Shown here: piece by piece, positions 36,461-49,204 of the stretch
Layout of the letters: the number at the start of each line of letters is the position of its first letter
How positions within the stretch are numbered: the first letter of the stretch is position 1
Origin: Heterodontus francisci
Lineage: Eukaryota
Assembly: GCF_036365525.1 (NCBI RefSeq)
Contig: NC_090380.1
Span: 72,157,757 to 72,221,756 of the forward strand
Direction: 5' to 3'
Length of the DNA: 64,000 nucleotides
The notes under the pieces: generated by a model
Told to the model about the DNA's origin: nothing
Seen by the model: only the letters and a program-made list of their open reading frames with translations
Databases searched by the model: none
Translations under genes and position numbers: made by a program

Positions 36461-37746
36461 GATGGTGAAGCTAGGGTTTCAAGTTTTAAATTCCGGTGGA
36501 TTTTGGCCAGGTGATAGAAATGCGATTTGGATACTCATATGCTGCTCCAGAAATGAGTCTATTTTAACTCCCAAGCCTTACTTTAATGGCAAGAAGTCAG
36601 TGGGAAGCAGCATAAAATCAGAGGGCCACCCACCTATACCAGGTACTGGCAGGTTCAGCTTTGGGAACTATCTAGCAGGGAATCTTGCAGTTGGGAAGTG
36701 GGGTGGAGGCTGCGGCAAGGGAGGCCTAAGTTTTCCCTGTGGGCTCTGGAGAAACACTGCTGCTGCTCCTGACCGCAAGAGGAAAGGAAACAAACCTTAG
36801 CTGTTTGGGATTCTTCTGGCCCTGGCTCTTCTCCCCACTGTCTTCACCTGGCGGGAAAACTACAGCAACTGCCTTTCTCAGCACATTGATATCCTTGGAC
36901 CCTAACATTCATATATGAAGAAGTACCCTGCCAGCTTCAGGCAGATGTCATTGCTGACTGTTCAATAGAGTAGGTTAAAATTCAGAACAGTGAGCTCCTT
37001 GCAGCTTTCTGGCAGAAATATAAGCTGGCCAGTTTTCTCGGCTAACTCATCTGGTTTCCACTGGGCGGTCAGTGTTAAAATTGTCCCTGGAACTTCAGTT
37101 TACCAAGCTCACAATTAATTCCAGTTCAGGTGGCAGCATATTCTGGAAGCTGTAGGCTGCCTGGGTTTTGCCAATACGCACTGGTATCAGGTGAACTACC
37201 GGGACATGTTGGTGGACTCAGAAGATTTGCAACTAGGTCGCTACAATGAATGATTTTTCCATTTCTCTGTGTTCACTTTCCTTAACTGGAAAAAGACAAA
37301 GAAACATACCGGCAGAGAAACCAATATTGTCACCAGCAGATAATAGCATTTTCATAACAAAATTTGAAGGAAATGCAAGATGGTTGTTTTACTATAGATA
37401 CTTTAATTAAGCACATCTGATTATAGAGAGAAATAAGAGGTTGGCGGCTCGACGTGAGAGATGGGTTCGCCTATCGGACAAAAAGCACGTTTGTGTGTTC
37501 TGGAGTGTGTGAGAGAGTTGCTGTTGGAGTCACCAGATCAAGAGCAGTATTCAAATTTTGGGTATGCTTGTTATGGCTTGTGGTTCCCAGCGCTTCTTAA
37601 AGAATCACATTTTGACCCGGATACTGGAACTTGCATTTTCTCACATTTCTCCATTTATGGCAGAATGATGCAATGTGCGTTTGGTACACAGGTTGTACTG
37701 CAGTAGTGAGTGATGTGGCATTCTAAAGTGGGCGGCATATACAAGT

Positions 37747-38094
37747 GGGCGGCACAGTGGCGCAGTGGTTAGCACTGCAGCCTCACAGCTCCAGGGACCC
37801 GGGTTCGATTCCGGGTACTGCCTGTGTGGAGTTTGCAAGTTCTCCCTGTGTCTGCGTGGGTTTTCTCCGGGTGCTCCGGTTTCCTCCCACAAGCCAAAAG
37901 ACTTGCAGGTTGATAGGTAAATTGGCCATTATAAATTGTCACTAGTATAGGTAGGTGGTAGGGAAATATAGGGACAGGTGGGGATGTTTGGTAAGAATAG
38001 GGGATTAGTGTAGGATTAGTATAAATGGGTGGTTGATGTTCGGCACAGACTCGGTGGGCCGAAGGGCCTGTTTCAGTGCTGTATCTCTAATCTA
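37747..38094 (+). mobile_element. HE1-type V-SINE, full length
   Basis: A box, B box GGTTCGATTCC, V-domain, CR1-like tail; probable TSD ATATA(C/T)AAGT. Confidence 0.92.
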
Positions 38095-41000
38095 TATATA
38101 AGTTTGAACAATGCAGCTCCTAAGTCATTTTGAATAATATAACAACACTTAAATCTTATAGGGAACTAAAAGTCATTGAAGGAAAAGAAAGATTGTGCAA
38201 GAAAGAGGAAACTGAGCTTCTCCGAGTCAATCTTAGCAATAGCAGTGTGAATGGAGTTCCATTTGAGACCAGTGATTAGTGAGATTATTAGTGAAAGAAG
38301 GACTAAAGTTGGAGTCTTATCACGGTACTGTGCAAAGCTAACATTCACATAGAAAGATAAATAGTGGAATTTCATTCATGCTGGTGCAAGAATGGTCCTA
38401 AGTTCTGTCGCAGGTGGGGGTTTTTGTTTGTTCATGAGATGTGAGCGGCACTGGCAAGGCCAGCATTTATTGCTCTTGAGAAGGTAAACAAAGGTCCTTT
38501 CCCTAAATAACAACAATGGCTAACTTCAAAGGTATTTCATTGCTTGTAAAGCACTTTGGTTGTTCTGAAGTTCTGCCAAGAGCAATATAAATGTAAGTTC
38601 TTTCTTTCTTGTCATTGTCCTCAGGCTTCATGCAAGATCTAAGAACACCATAGCATTTTTCTCCAACTGTCTTATTCTGCCCATCTTTAATGAGCTTTAA
38701 CAAAACATAAAAATACCAGCTAAATAACTTTTGTTCATCCTAAAGGTATATACCCTGAATAAAAAAGGTAGCCTTCGTAAAATAATTTATTTTTCCAAAT
38801 TCAGAAACTTTTAAAATGCATAAAAATGGTAAGTGAATTTTTACTTAATTTTGATTTCATTAGTGCATAGCCATATTAGTGACATAATTCATTATGTACT
38901 GATATTGAAATACAGTCTACATTGAGATTGCCTCAGGGCTACAAAAACATGAACTAAGGCTTAGTCTGTTGTTCTAATTGGCTATTGCCTCATGATTTAA
39001 GTAGTTCTGTCATACTGTCATCGGGAGTACACAGAATTATTCAGAGAGCTGTTTATTACATGCTATGTATTACTCCGTGAGCAGTCACATTCTGCTTTAA
39101 TCATCACTCTGACCTTATTCCAATAAAATACGATTCAATAAGACATAATGGGATTATCTAAATCATAAAATAATTATATTTTTAGGGTAATAGTATTTCA
39201 CGAGTACTTCTGTTGTGCATTTCAGCTAAAATGAATGGATGTGGAGCTTTACTGCTTGTGTTTATCTTTACTCAGGAAGATGGCATTTCATCATTTCATG
39301 TCTGGGTTTTGCAAGGTGGTTAGAACAGTGAAGTTGAAATTCCCCTCCTGGTGCACTTGAGAATCTTGTGATGCTTTGCCACTTCAGCTCATTTAAATAA
39401 CTATATGTAGCTGACGGTGCAGCTTTGACCTTAGCAAGGAGCAAATCCATTGGGACAAAGGGAAATTCTGGCAGCAGTTTCAAATTAAAGGAATATGCAT
39501 ACTTAAAGGTAATGGCAAATGCAAGTGCAGATGTGACGTGCTACTGCGAGAGCTGCCAGGGCTCAGGGTGAGTCCTTTGACACAGCTGACTAGCACAGAT
39601 GATGATCCTGAGAGACATTTTCTTCTTATCTGCTTCTGCCTGCCACGGCCCTGCTGCTGGCCACTCTCTCAGCATGTTTAGCCATTTACTTGGGTCAGGT
39701 CACATGGCTGCTGTGAGGTTGTGTCAACTCTGCATCAAAATTTTGCTCCGATGATCCACCAGCATGGAAAATCCCTGAAGGTCATACTTATGGATCTCCG
39801 AAACATAGTAGTAGCACCCCTGAAAGAGCCCACAGCAACTCTTAGGACCTCTGAAGGGGAGATCTGCTACAGAAGCCCCTGGAGGTAGCATGTTCTCCAG
39901 AGTCAAAAATGACTGCACAGATGAAAACCAGTAAGATATTATGCATTGTTCTTGGCACAGTCTTAAAAGACAATGTCCCCAATATTAACAAGGAGACAGG
40001 GAGGGTGTGATATTAACAGGGAGACGGGGAAGGTGTGGTGGGGTTGGGGCAGTGAGGGGGTCCTGTAGCATGGGGGAAACCCAACAAGAAGGGGGATGTG
40101 GAGGCCCTGCCGATCCTAATGGCAGGGCCTCATTTAAATAATCTTCTGCAGGCTCCACCCAATTTTACAGCCCAGCCAGTGCGCAAGAGCACAAACAAGA
40201 AGCAAGGACCTATGAGGACAGACCCAACAGTCAGCAGTGGCTTAAGGCTCTGAGCTGCATTCGGGGCTGGGGGAGGTGGCAGGCTTCTTTGTGAGGTGCA
40301 ATCGACATAAGTCTACGTAGTGCCGCCTGAAACAAATTTTTCCCCCTTTATGTTCAGGTGCCAGATAGCAGCAATGGGAGAACTCATCAGCTGAGGGCAG
40401 CCTGGAGCTGGCCCACAGGATCCTCCCTTGTTGCTTCCTGTGCTTGCTGTTCTTCACTCATGCTGTTTGCGTTATCTGGTGCTCCTGATCTAACTCTAAC
40501 TCTACATTATCCCCCAGAATGGATATTCCTGGGTTGATGCTTTTCACAGGTGGAGTAAGTGATGCAGAGTGCTGTAAAGTGGATGGTTCCTCTGCCTTAG
40601 GCCCAGTGAGCTGCTGCTCCTCAGACAGCCTTACAGAAACACAATGAGAAAAACATATTTTGGAATCTGCAGATTTTAAACAGTCCTGATTTGGTGTAGT
40701 GATGCAAGGCAAGTTGCCTATTGACAGAATATTTGAATGAAATAACATACCTTGAGGAATGAATAGGTAGTAGTTTACATATTCAAGTTTACCATCTTCA
40801 TGTCTCTGTCTCCATTCGGTACCATGGTGTGGTTGCCCATTATGTACAAGGTGAATTCTTAGAACTGTTCTATCAATGTCTGGAGATTTGAAGGGGTAGA
40901 TTCTCCAATTTTGAGTCTCTCCCTTCTATTGTTAACTTCCGATGCCTACAATCATAAGACACGAATGAAATGTCAACTGAGCCTGCCAGAGCTAGCAAAT

Positions 41001-41679
41001 TGGCCATTAAACATAAAACAAAATGGTCCCACCTGCCATTAGAGATTCCCTGGGAAGGTGAACAATGTGCCTTGTGTATATCAGGTAAGAAGGTATCACA
41101 TGTGTGTATGTAGTTGTTTGAGGGGAAAGACTGACTGTGTCACAAGATGATGATGGATGAAGAAGGATGTTCAGCCCAGCTTGGTCCTTTATTCAGAATT
41201 ATCCTAAAGTACACCATTATAGCATCCAGCTGCTTCTTAAATGATTCCAGAGTATTTACCTCCACTACCCAAACCAGGAATCTATTCAATTTGTTGATCA
41301 CTTTCTGCATGTAGAAGAACTTACTGATATCAGTCCTAAATTTAAATTTTAACTAGTTCCTGTGGTTCTTTCTTACTTTCACAATTTAAGGTAATTTTTC
41401 AGGTTTACCTTTTCTAAACTATTTCTGATCATATATGATTTCTAGTATAATGTCAATGGGTAGGGCTAATGCCAAGCATAGACACATCAGGCAGGCTTTA
41501 AGGCTGTTGCGGAGTGGGGGGAAGATCTGGGTGTTCGAAGACATAGGGCTGAATTTTACCAATACCATGTTCAAGAGGACCAGGCAATATATGTGCTTCT
41601 TGCACTGATCCAGACAGTCAGGCTGAGAGGGCTCTAGGATTTGGGTCTGTGAGCAGGGATCCGGACCTTGGAGATTTCT

Positions 41680-42960
41680 CTTTGGCAATGCTCTCGTGGA
41701 TAGTTATGATGTTGAGGTCCTTACACGCTGGTATTCCTGCCACTGCTGGTCCGCTCATGTCTACTAGGTAGAACATTTGTGGTTTCTATGCCAACTTGCC
41801 ATATCTGCATCGCATTGTTAATGTGCCACTGCACGGGATGGGTGAGCCATTATATGCGGATAACTTGGCAGTTGTCGGTTGTATCGTTGAGTTCAAACAA
41901 CTCCGGTACATATCTTTGCGAATTCATACTGGTAGGACATTTGCACTAGCCCTGATGTCAGTCTTGACATTGATTGTATGTTTGCCAGCTTTCTTTGGGC
42001 ACATGATGTTAATAGTGGTGAAAGCTTCCAGTTGTTTGACTTCATCAATGTGATGTGTCAGGTTCACAATGTGGAATGCCTGTTTGTCTTCTGTCTGAGA
42101 AGTACTTCTCTCTGAGTCTTGTCTCATGTCTGCTTCGCTGTGGACCTCGTGTATCGGCTTACGTTTACGCATGTCTCTGGGACTTTCTTTGCTGCTGTTG
42201 TCCTGATGTCTGTTCGTTTGCATCTGACTGTGACATCTGGCTGCATCTTTGGAGCCACAATTCCAACATAGGCGGGCCCAGTGTCCTTTTGCACTGCACG
42301 CCTTGCACAGGTCTCAAAATGCAGGGCAATTTCGCTGTAGGTGGGACAAACCACACTTACCACTTGCTTGCTCTTCTCAACCTGGTAATGGTGCTGACAC
42401 TGTTTGCTGTACCTACTGCTTTCAGGTGCTGTTGTACAGGTACAATGGCTTTGTATTTTCATATTTCCTGCCATCTTCCAGAAGTGCATCAATGCTGCGA
42501 CCTTTCTTTTTCCCCAAGAGGTCCTTCTGAAACACTTCAGTGGGTGTTGATACAATCACCAGCTCCATTTTTCGGTCTAAGAGCTCAGTTTCTGAGAAAT
42601 CGCATTTGTTGTCCTTATTACGGCATCTGCTGATGAACTGGTCTTTTGATTCCTCTGGCAGTTGCCTGTAGGACATTAATTCCAGGTGGTGAATTCAAAA
42701 ATTCACACTTAATCAGAACTCGTCTTCCAGCACTTTCCCTAGCTTTCCAGGATCTTTCTGGTCCTCGTCAGATAATCCAGAGGTACTGATGTTGTGCAAT
42801 CCCTCATTTCCAATTGCCATAATTATTTTTACATCCTCTTTTTCTGGTACTGCAATTACTTGCTCTGTGAAGCATAACTACATTCTTTGTTTGAAAATTG
42901 GAACTCAGGTAGGATATTAATGACCTTTCAGTTCATTCTGGAATTTGATTCCATCTTCCT
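41680..42960 (-). mobile_element. Ty3/Gypsy LTR retrotransposon gag-protease remnant
   Basis: RQLPEESKDQFISRCR gag motif, CKACSAKGHWARLC zinc knuckle (CX2CX4HX4C), degenerate protease motif VKTDIRASANVLP; stops and frameshifts. Confidence 0.8.
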
Positions 42961-43584
42961 TCTGTTATTTTGCTTTAAAACTTGCTTTAAGAACTTGCTT
43001 CTGTGCCTCTTTACTGCTTTCCCTTTTAAAAATATTCTCTTCTGTAGATGGCTAGTTTGATTGACAGAAGCAGATTGTCTGTTTATCTAGCTTCCAGCAC
43101 TCTGTCTGTTTCTCCAGTTGTCCGTTTGGCATTTCATGTGCTTTTTTAAACTACAGTTTGTTTATACAGCAGATCAATAGGTAATTCTTCATGCTTGAGT
43201 GGTTTTATGAGTTTTTAAAACTCTGGCTGAGTGAATGAAAGCTCTTCAGTGCTCGAGTAATTTAATGAGTTTCTTTTTATAGCTGCAGCTGGGAGCTACG
43301 TGAATGGAGGATTCCGTGCTTTTCCCTGTCAGTTGCTTCCTGTAACGGCACGGATCTGATTAGCCTGGGGGAGCCTTTAAAAACAATCAATCAGCCTGAG
43401 ACAGGGATTGGGTTTTCCCTGTTTTCTTTTACTGATGATTTTTAAAAATCAACTTTTTAAGCACCTCAGGCAGTAAGGGACATGCTTGAGTGACAAGCTG
43501 GTCTTTTCTCATTCTTCAATGTTGTATATCTGTACTCTCAGGCTGACTTCTATTGAGACAGAAAAACCCACGTTTCTCTAATAT

Positions 43585-43800
43585 AAAATAAAAACAGAAA
43601 ATGCTGGAAATACTCAGCAGATCAGGATGCATCGGTGGAGAGCGAAACAGAGTTAACATTTCAGGTCTGCGACCTTTCATCAGAGCTGGTAAAAGTTAGA
43701 ACAGTAATAGGTTTTGAGTGAGTGAAAGGGGGGAGGGGGGAAGAAGAGCAAAAGCGAAGGTCTGTGATAGGACAGAAGGCAGGAGAGATTAAATGACAAA
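43585..43800 (-). mobile_element. Penelope-like 3' terminal fragment
   Basis: Colinear with 55358-55560. Confidence 0.8.
43651..43687 (-). ncRNA. Minimal type I hammerhead ribozyme motif (Penelope type)
   Basis: AGCU-CUGAUGA-A-AGGUC(GCA)GACCU-GAAA-UG-UU-AACU; core intact, one mismatch in stem I. Confidence 0.55.
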
Positions 43801-44406
43801 ATATTTCACTGTTAAAGGCATGTTTCTCTCATATTTTTTCTCCTAATCAGTCCTCCAGGAACAGGGATCAGCGTTGTAGGTCTTTGAAAAACCTCCGTTG
43901 TTTAAATGTCTCCCTTATTCCTCAGTGATTAAATTTGGATGTAGTACTGAGTGCGGTTTTACCAGCGCATTATGTGTTTATGATTATAGTTCAATGTCTG
44001 GTTGACTTATTGATTGCTGCTCTGCATTGGTTGGAACTGTTAAGTGTTGAGTCTAATAAGACTCCAAGGTCTTTTTCAACTTAATGTAGCTTGCTGAAGA
44101 GAGTGCCCCTCAAATCCAGAAAAAGGGTACCTTCCTCCATATCTTCAGGGTTCTCTGAGGAAAAGGAGCTTTTTTCCCTCTCCCCTTGCTGATTCCTGAC
44201 TCATTTACCACAACTGTCAGCAAGACCACATGAAATTCGAAAGCAGGAAATGCAGGTACAGCTTTATGTAGCTCTTACAGAAAGATCCACCACATAATCT
44301 CTCCATTCCCAGCATGGAACTTCAAAACAATAATTACTTGGATGTGGTAATGTGCTATATAAATGGAAGTTCTTTCATCCTACAGTATGAAGCACTGCAA
44401 TAAAAA

Positions 44407-44568
44407 GTCATAGAGTCATAGAGAGATACAGCACTGAAACAGGCCCTTCGGCCCACCGAGTCTGTGCCGACCAACAACCACCCGCTTATACTAATCCTAC
44501 ATTAATCCCATATTCCCTACCACATCCCCACCATTCTCCTACCACCTACCTACACTAGGGGCAATTTA
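44407..44568 (-). mobile_element. HE1-type SINE 3' half
   Basis: Reverse complement of 26725-26882. Confidence 0.85.
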
Positions 44569-45108
44569 GAATATGTGAGCAACCTTAATATTTAATGGAT
44601 TAAAATGTAGAGCTTAATGTGAATGTTTAATAATGAACTAGAATATGGAATGTGTTATATAACTTGAATACTGAGCTAAAGTACACACTTTATTGCATAA
44701 ACTGAATGTTTCATGGTAAACTAGAATACTAAATGTGCTGTGTAATCAAAAAACTTACTTGGGATTGGAAACCGAATATTTCCCCTTTCGGAAGAGGAAG
44801 ATCTTGATGTGTGGCTTGTAACTTAAAAAATGAAAGAAACTTTCCAATTTTAATAAATTCTGTATTCTACACTTCCCCATTGAGTGGCCTGTATTCCTGA
44901 TATATCTCCAACTATATTCTGACTGCTTAACTTTGAGCTACAATTCCAAGATTTTCTACTGTACAGCAAAATCAGTCAGAAAAACTTGCTTAAAGATCCA
45001 ACCTGCATTCCAGATTGTATGGTATATGATTATGTATGGTGTGTGATTATGTTTACAATGTTTCAAAGAACTTTATCTAATTTCTAACTTTTTTGTCTTT
45101 TTCTCTAG

Positions 45109-45308
45109 TTGCTACTCTTCATTCAAAGGCCTGTGCATCACCGTCTTTCTTCTATTTCATATTTACCTATCCGTTTATAGTCATCATAGCTCTCATCATT
45201 GTTGCACTGTACTTTCACCTGAGACCAAAGAAAGTGCAGAAATCTGAGAATGAAAGGAATCTTTGGATGCCAATAGAAACAGTCATCGATGATCCTAAGG
45301 GTGAATAA
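45109..45308 (+). CDS. CD101: CD101-like terminal coding exon: stalk, transmembrane helix, short cytoplasmic tail, stop
   Basis: ctctag|; VATLHSKACASPSFFYFIFTYPFIVIIALIIVALYFHLRPKK..NLWMP..*; C..FYF..YPF pattern of the CD101/IGSF3 TM region; TAA at 45306-45308. Confidence 0.88.
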
Positions 45309-46160
45309 GAAGAAAACGTAATATGACATTTTGTATTTCATTATTTTTGTAACTCTTTGTTGTTGCTATGGGAACTGTGTCATAAATGACAGTGAAATAT
45401 CATCTGTGGTTAAGAAAATGTTCACACTGGTTCCTAACCAAAAGAAATGATAAAGCAAAAATGCAATCTGAGGGCATTCACTGATCTTGCACGATGATTA
45501 TCATTTTAAAAAAATAGAATCGGTAACCTTTGTCCAACAAGAAATTTGTAAAAATGTCTTCATTGGTTACCACAATATGCTGAAGAGCTTAGCTTCTCTC
45601 CCAGTTCACACTGCTCTGTTGTTGCTGGCTTCTTAGCGTTGCCAACATTTAATGTTTGTGAACCTTCTTCCTCTTGTACCTTTCAGTTCCTAAATTCAAA
45701 TCTAAAGTGTGCAACTAACTTTTCACAAATGATTTTGTTTCTCAATCCAACAATCCTTTCCATGTATTGAAGTCCTTGCAGCCATTGTCCCAAATCCAGA
45801 GCACCAGGAAGTCAAAAATAACAAAATAATCAGAGTATTTGATTCTAAAAATCTACCTGGCTGAGTACTTGGAGAACAGTATGGTGTTATAATAGAATTT
45901 GTGCTAAGGGTTGGACTTGTCAAAAATGCTGAACTAAATTGCTAAATCAGTAAAAGAACAAGTTGGTGGATGTTATTCAGTATCACACAGTGCATGGTCA
46001 GGTCACATCATGTGTACTGTGGTCGGTTTTGTTACCGTGATCCAAAGCTATCACTCATGCACCCTGGAAGTGGTGCAGAGAAGAGCCACAAAGCTGATCC
46101 GCAGTGTCAGACTGGATTACCTTGTGTTGTTCAGCCTTGAAAGGAAGTGGCTGAAAGGGG

Positions 46161-46398
46161 AACACAAACAAGAAATGCTGGAAATACTCAGCAGGCCTGG
46201 CAGCATCTGTGGAGAGAGAAGCAGAGTCAACGTTTCAGGTCAGTGACCCTTCATCAGAACCCATGATGAAGGGTCACTGACCTGAAACGTTGACTCTGCT
46301 TCTCTCTCCACAGATGCTGCCAGGCCTGCTGAGTATTTCCAGCATTTCTTGTTTGTGTTTCAGATTTCCAGCATCTGCAGTATTTTGTTTTGTTATTT
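46161..46398. repeat. Penelope-derived fold-back insertion: perfect 96-bp inverted repeat, 7-nt loop
   Basis: 46161-46256 is the exact reverse complement of 46264-46359; TSD CTGAAAGGGG(A) at 46151 and 46399. Confidence 0.95.
46224..46262 (-). ncRNA. Minimal type I hammerhead ribozyme motif (Penelope type)
   Basis: GGGUU-CUGAUGA-AGGGUCACUGACCU-GAAA-CG-UU-GACUC; intact core, pairable stems I and II, palindromic AACGUU at helix III. Confidence 0.65.
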
Positions 46399-47079
46399 CT
46401 GAAAGGGGACCTCATTGAAGTATGTATGTCAGTAAGAAGTATGGTAAATATGCAACTAAAACATCATGTTAAATTAAATCTTAGTACTGGGGAGAGAGAA
46501 ATGAATTCAGACTGATGAATGACAAATTTAGGACTGAACACAAGGAGTTCTTCATGCAAAGAATGATCAACATTTGGAATGAAATCTTGAATACAGCAAT
46601 GTTAGCTAAATGCTGGGGCGAGGGGTGGTGGTAGTGAGATTTTAGATGGATTATTGGAGATGGGCGAAATAGTCTTCAGCATTTGTATTTATGCTGTGAT
46701 CTTGTAATCTCAGACAGATGATTAAGTTGGCAGATAGAAGAGAGGCAAGTTTAAAACTTTGTTTCTGAAAGATCACATTGGGACATGACTGGAGGCAGGA
46801 ATCTTTTCAATATCCATTGTGCTGAAGGCCTTACATGTGTTGTGGTGAGGAGCAGGCTGCGAATTGAAGTCCAGTTGTGTGACAAAATTTCTGGGGCCTG
46901 AGATAGGCTTTATTTAGACAGTATTATATGTGACAGGATGTACCTGTGTGCAGTTGAAGTCATAGTGTTTATGTGCTCTGATGGCATTTATCTAACCATG
47001 CTTGAGGAAGCGGCTATTTTTTAATAAATCTTTCTTTAGGTGTATATAGTGGAGTGGGACGGGGTGGGAGTGGGGAGGG

Positions 47080-47292
47080 TTGGCGCTGGTTAGCTCAGTT
47101 GGCTAGATGGCTAGAGTGTGATACAGAAAGACAGCAACAGCGCGGGTTTAATACCCATACTGCTGTGGTAGTTCATGGAGGCCTGTCTCTTTGCCTTGCC
47201 CCATGCTTGAGGAGTGGTGACCCTCAAGCTAGACATCACCAACTGTCTCTCTCTAATGGGGAGAGATGCCTATGGTCCTTTGAAACTATGGC
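47080..47292 (+). mobile_element. tRNA-derived SINE (third family)
   Basis: A box TAGCTCAGTTGG, B-box-like GGTTTAATACC, non-tRNA body follows. Confidence 0.55.
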
Positions 47293-47949
47293 CAGAGCAA
47301 GATAGTGGAGTGGATGGAGAGCCAGCAGGGCCAAGGAATAGTGAATTTTTTTTTCAAGGTTTTGATTGGATGGATTTTAAATTCTGGATTTTTTTTCTAA
47401 ACAGATAGCAACTTTTATTTTAGAGATGTATAGTGCAGATTTCCAGCCTATTCCTTTCAACATGAAAACAGTGAGAAATAGGGAGGGGAGATGTTTTGCC
47501 AGGTCTTAATGAATGCAAATGATATTTAGTATAATTTTCATCCATTTATGGATAGGATGGCACTTGTGCTCTGCTTGCCTATCGGATGGACTTAAAGGGA
47601 AGCTGCATATGCAAGGAAGCCCTCAAAGGGTTTTTTGAAGAAGTTTTTTTATTTTCACTGTTTTCGGTAGCTTTTTAGTGTTTTTAATTTTTTGGCATTA
47701 TTACGGGTAGGGAGCATTTGTGTAAATACCCAATCAAATATTGCACACAGAATCACCAGATACTTAACTATGGTTGAACCGGTTCTAAGAGTTTAGCAAA
47801 ACAAGAAGATTGTAAAAGAAGGAGGATAGGAAAAGGGCTTTTAGAAACAAACATTCACTGCAGCCCAAGAGCAGCAAGGCTACAGAATCCCCAGCCACTT
47901 GCCACATCAATGCAGAATTAATAACGGGGAATTTCTTTTAAGCACTCCA

Positions 47950-48255
47950 AGTACAGGAATTTTTGGCTAAAAGAATACAAGATGAAAGAAGGCATGCGAA
48001 GGAGATCAGCTGGCAACAGAGTTCAACTGTCCAAACCCACCATCATGTCACCAACCATATGTGTGCATGGCAATTACTGAGGACCAATGCCTGTACAGGC
48101 TGCAGATCAGCAAACAGACAGTTTCAAAGATATGCCATCTGCTGAAAGACATCTGCAGCCGATCTGTATAATCAGTGGCATTGATGATCACTACCACCCT
48201 CGCTGTTTCTATGCCTGACTCTTTCTAGGCTAGCATTGGAATCATCTGCAGTTTC
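47950..48255 (+). pseudogene. HARBI1-like transposase N-terminal remnant
   Basis: TEDQCLYRLQISKQTVSKICHLL, homologous to 52020-52100. Confidence 0.55.
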
Positions 48256-49204
48256 TAGTTATTCCTATCAGAGAATACAATTATGTGGAAAATGGGTGAG
48301 AACAGGATTAGGTATAATGCCTATGGGTCAAATAGCTCACTGACACTTACTGTCCAAGTTCACACACGCAGAATAGCCAAGTTAGTTAGGTATTGGAGGG
48401 CTGCAGTGTTTGTGAAAGCGTGCAGTAGATTTTGACTTGGTCTACCCAATGGGAATGGAGCAGTAGCTCTATTTTGCCTACACAAGAGTGGACCAAGCAC
48501 CCACCTGAAGCGGGCAGGACCCCAATTACAAATTCGAGGTACAAATGGACAGAGCATGCAGGACACATACTCCACCTATTTGGGGTGGCCTAATCAGTGA
48601 TCTTTAAGGGGATTGCTGAAGGTAGCTCACCAAACTTCCCAAGAAATGTTTAATCTTTTTTGTGGGCCCTCCTAGGTTAACAAAAAAAAAAATTCCGGCT
48701 GTTGGTGGCTTATTCAAGGCCCCTTCTCCCGCCCCCACCCTCCCCCATGCCCCAGGCTTTATCTGGCAACGTATGAGCCAGTCAGTTTCTTGCCGTCTCA
48801 GATCTGGCAGGTTTTAGCAGGGTATTATCCATATCGTGCCTGCAGCCCACCAGCTGAATGCAAATGAGACTTTGGCCTCTAATTGGCTGAGGCCTCTTGC
48901 CAGTAGTTAAAATTGGCCCTCATATGTCAGCAAATGTCAGTGTTCTCAGAAGAAATGGGGAGAAAAAAGTAATTACTCTCTCAGGGGGGAAACTGTGTTC
49001 TATTAAATAATCTCTAGATATTGCTATTTGTGTCTGGTTTTATATGACTGTGTAAAATTTGATTTTTTTATATATATAGAAACCACCTAACTCTTGCAAA
49101 TTGACATTTAATGGAAGCATTCCATTTTGTACAGCTTTTAATTTAAAATTTACAAACATTCTTTGTGTTTTCTAAGAAAAGTGCTGAAAATTGTATCTTA
49201 CAAC

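Larger units (their letters stand above)
45960..46690 (+). mobile_element. Old CR1 3' fragment interrupted by the Penelope-derived palindrome
   Basis: LEVVQRRATKLI..LFSLERKWLKG, resuming with DLIEV after 46408. Confidence 0.65.
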
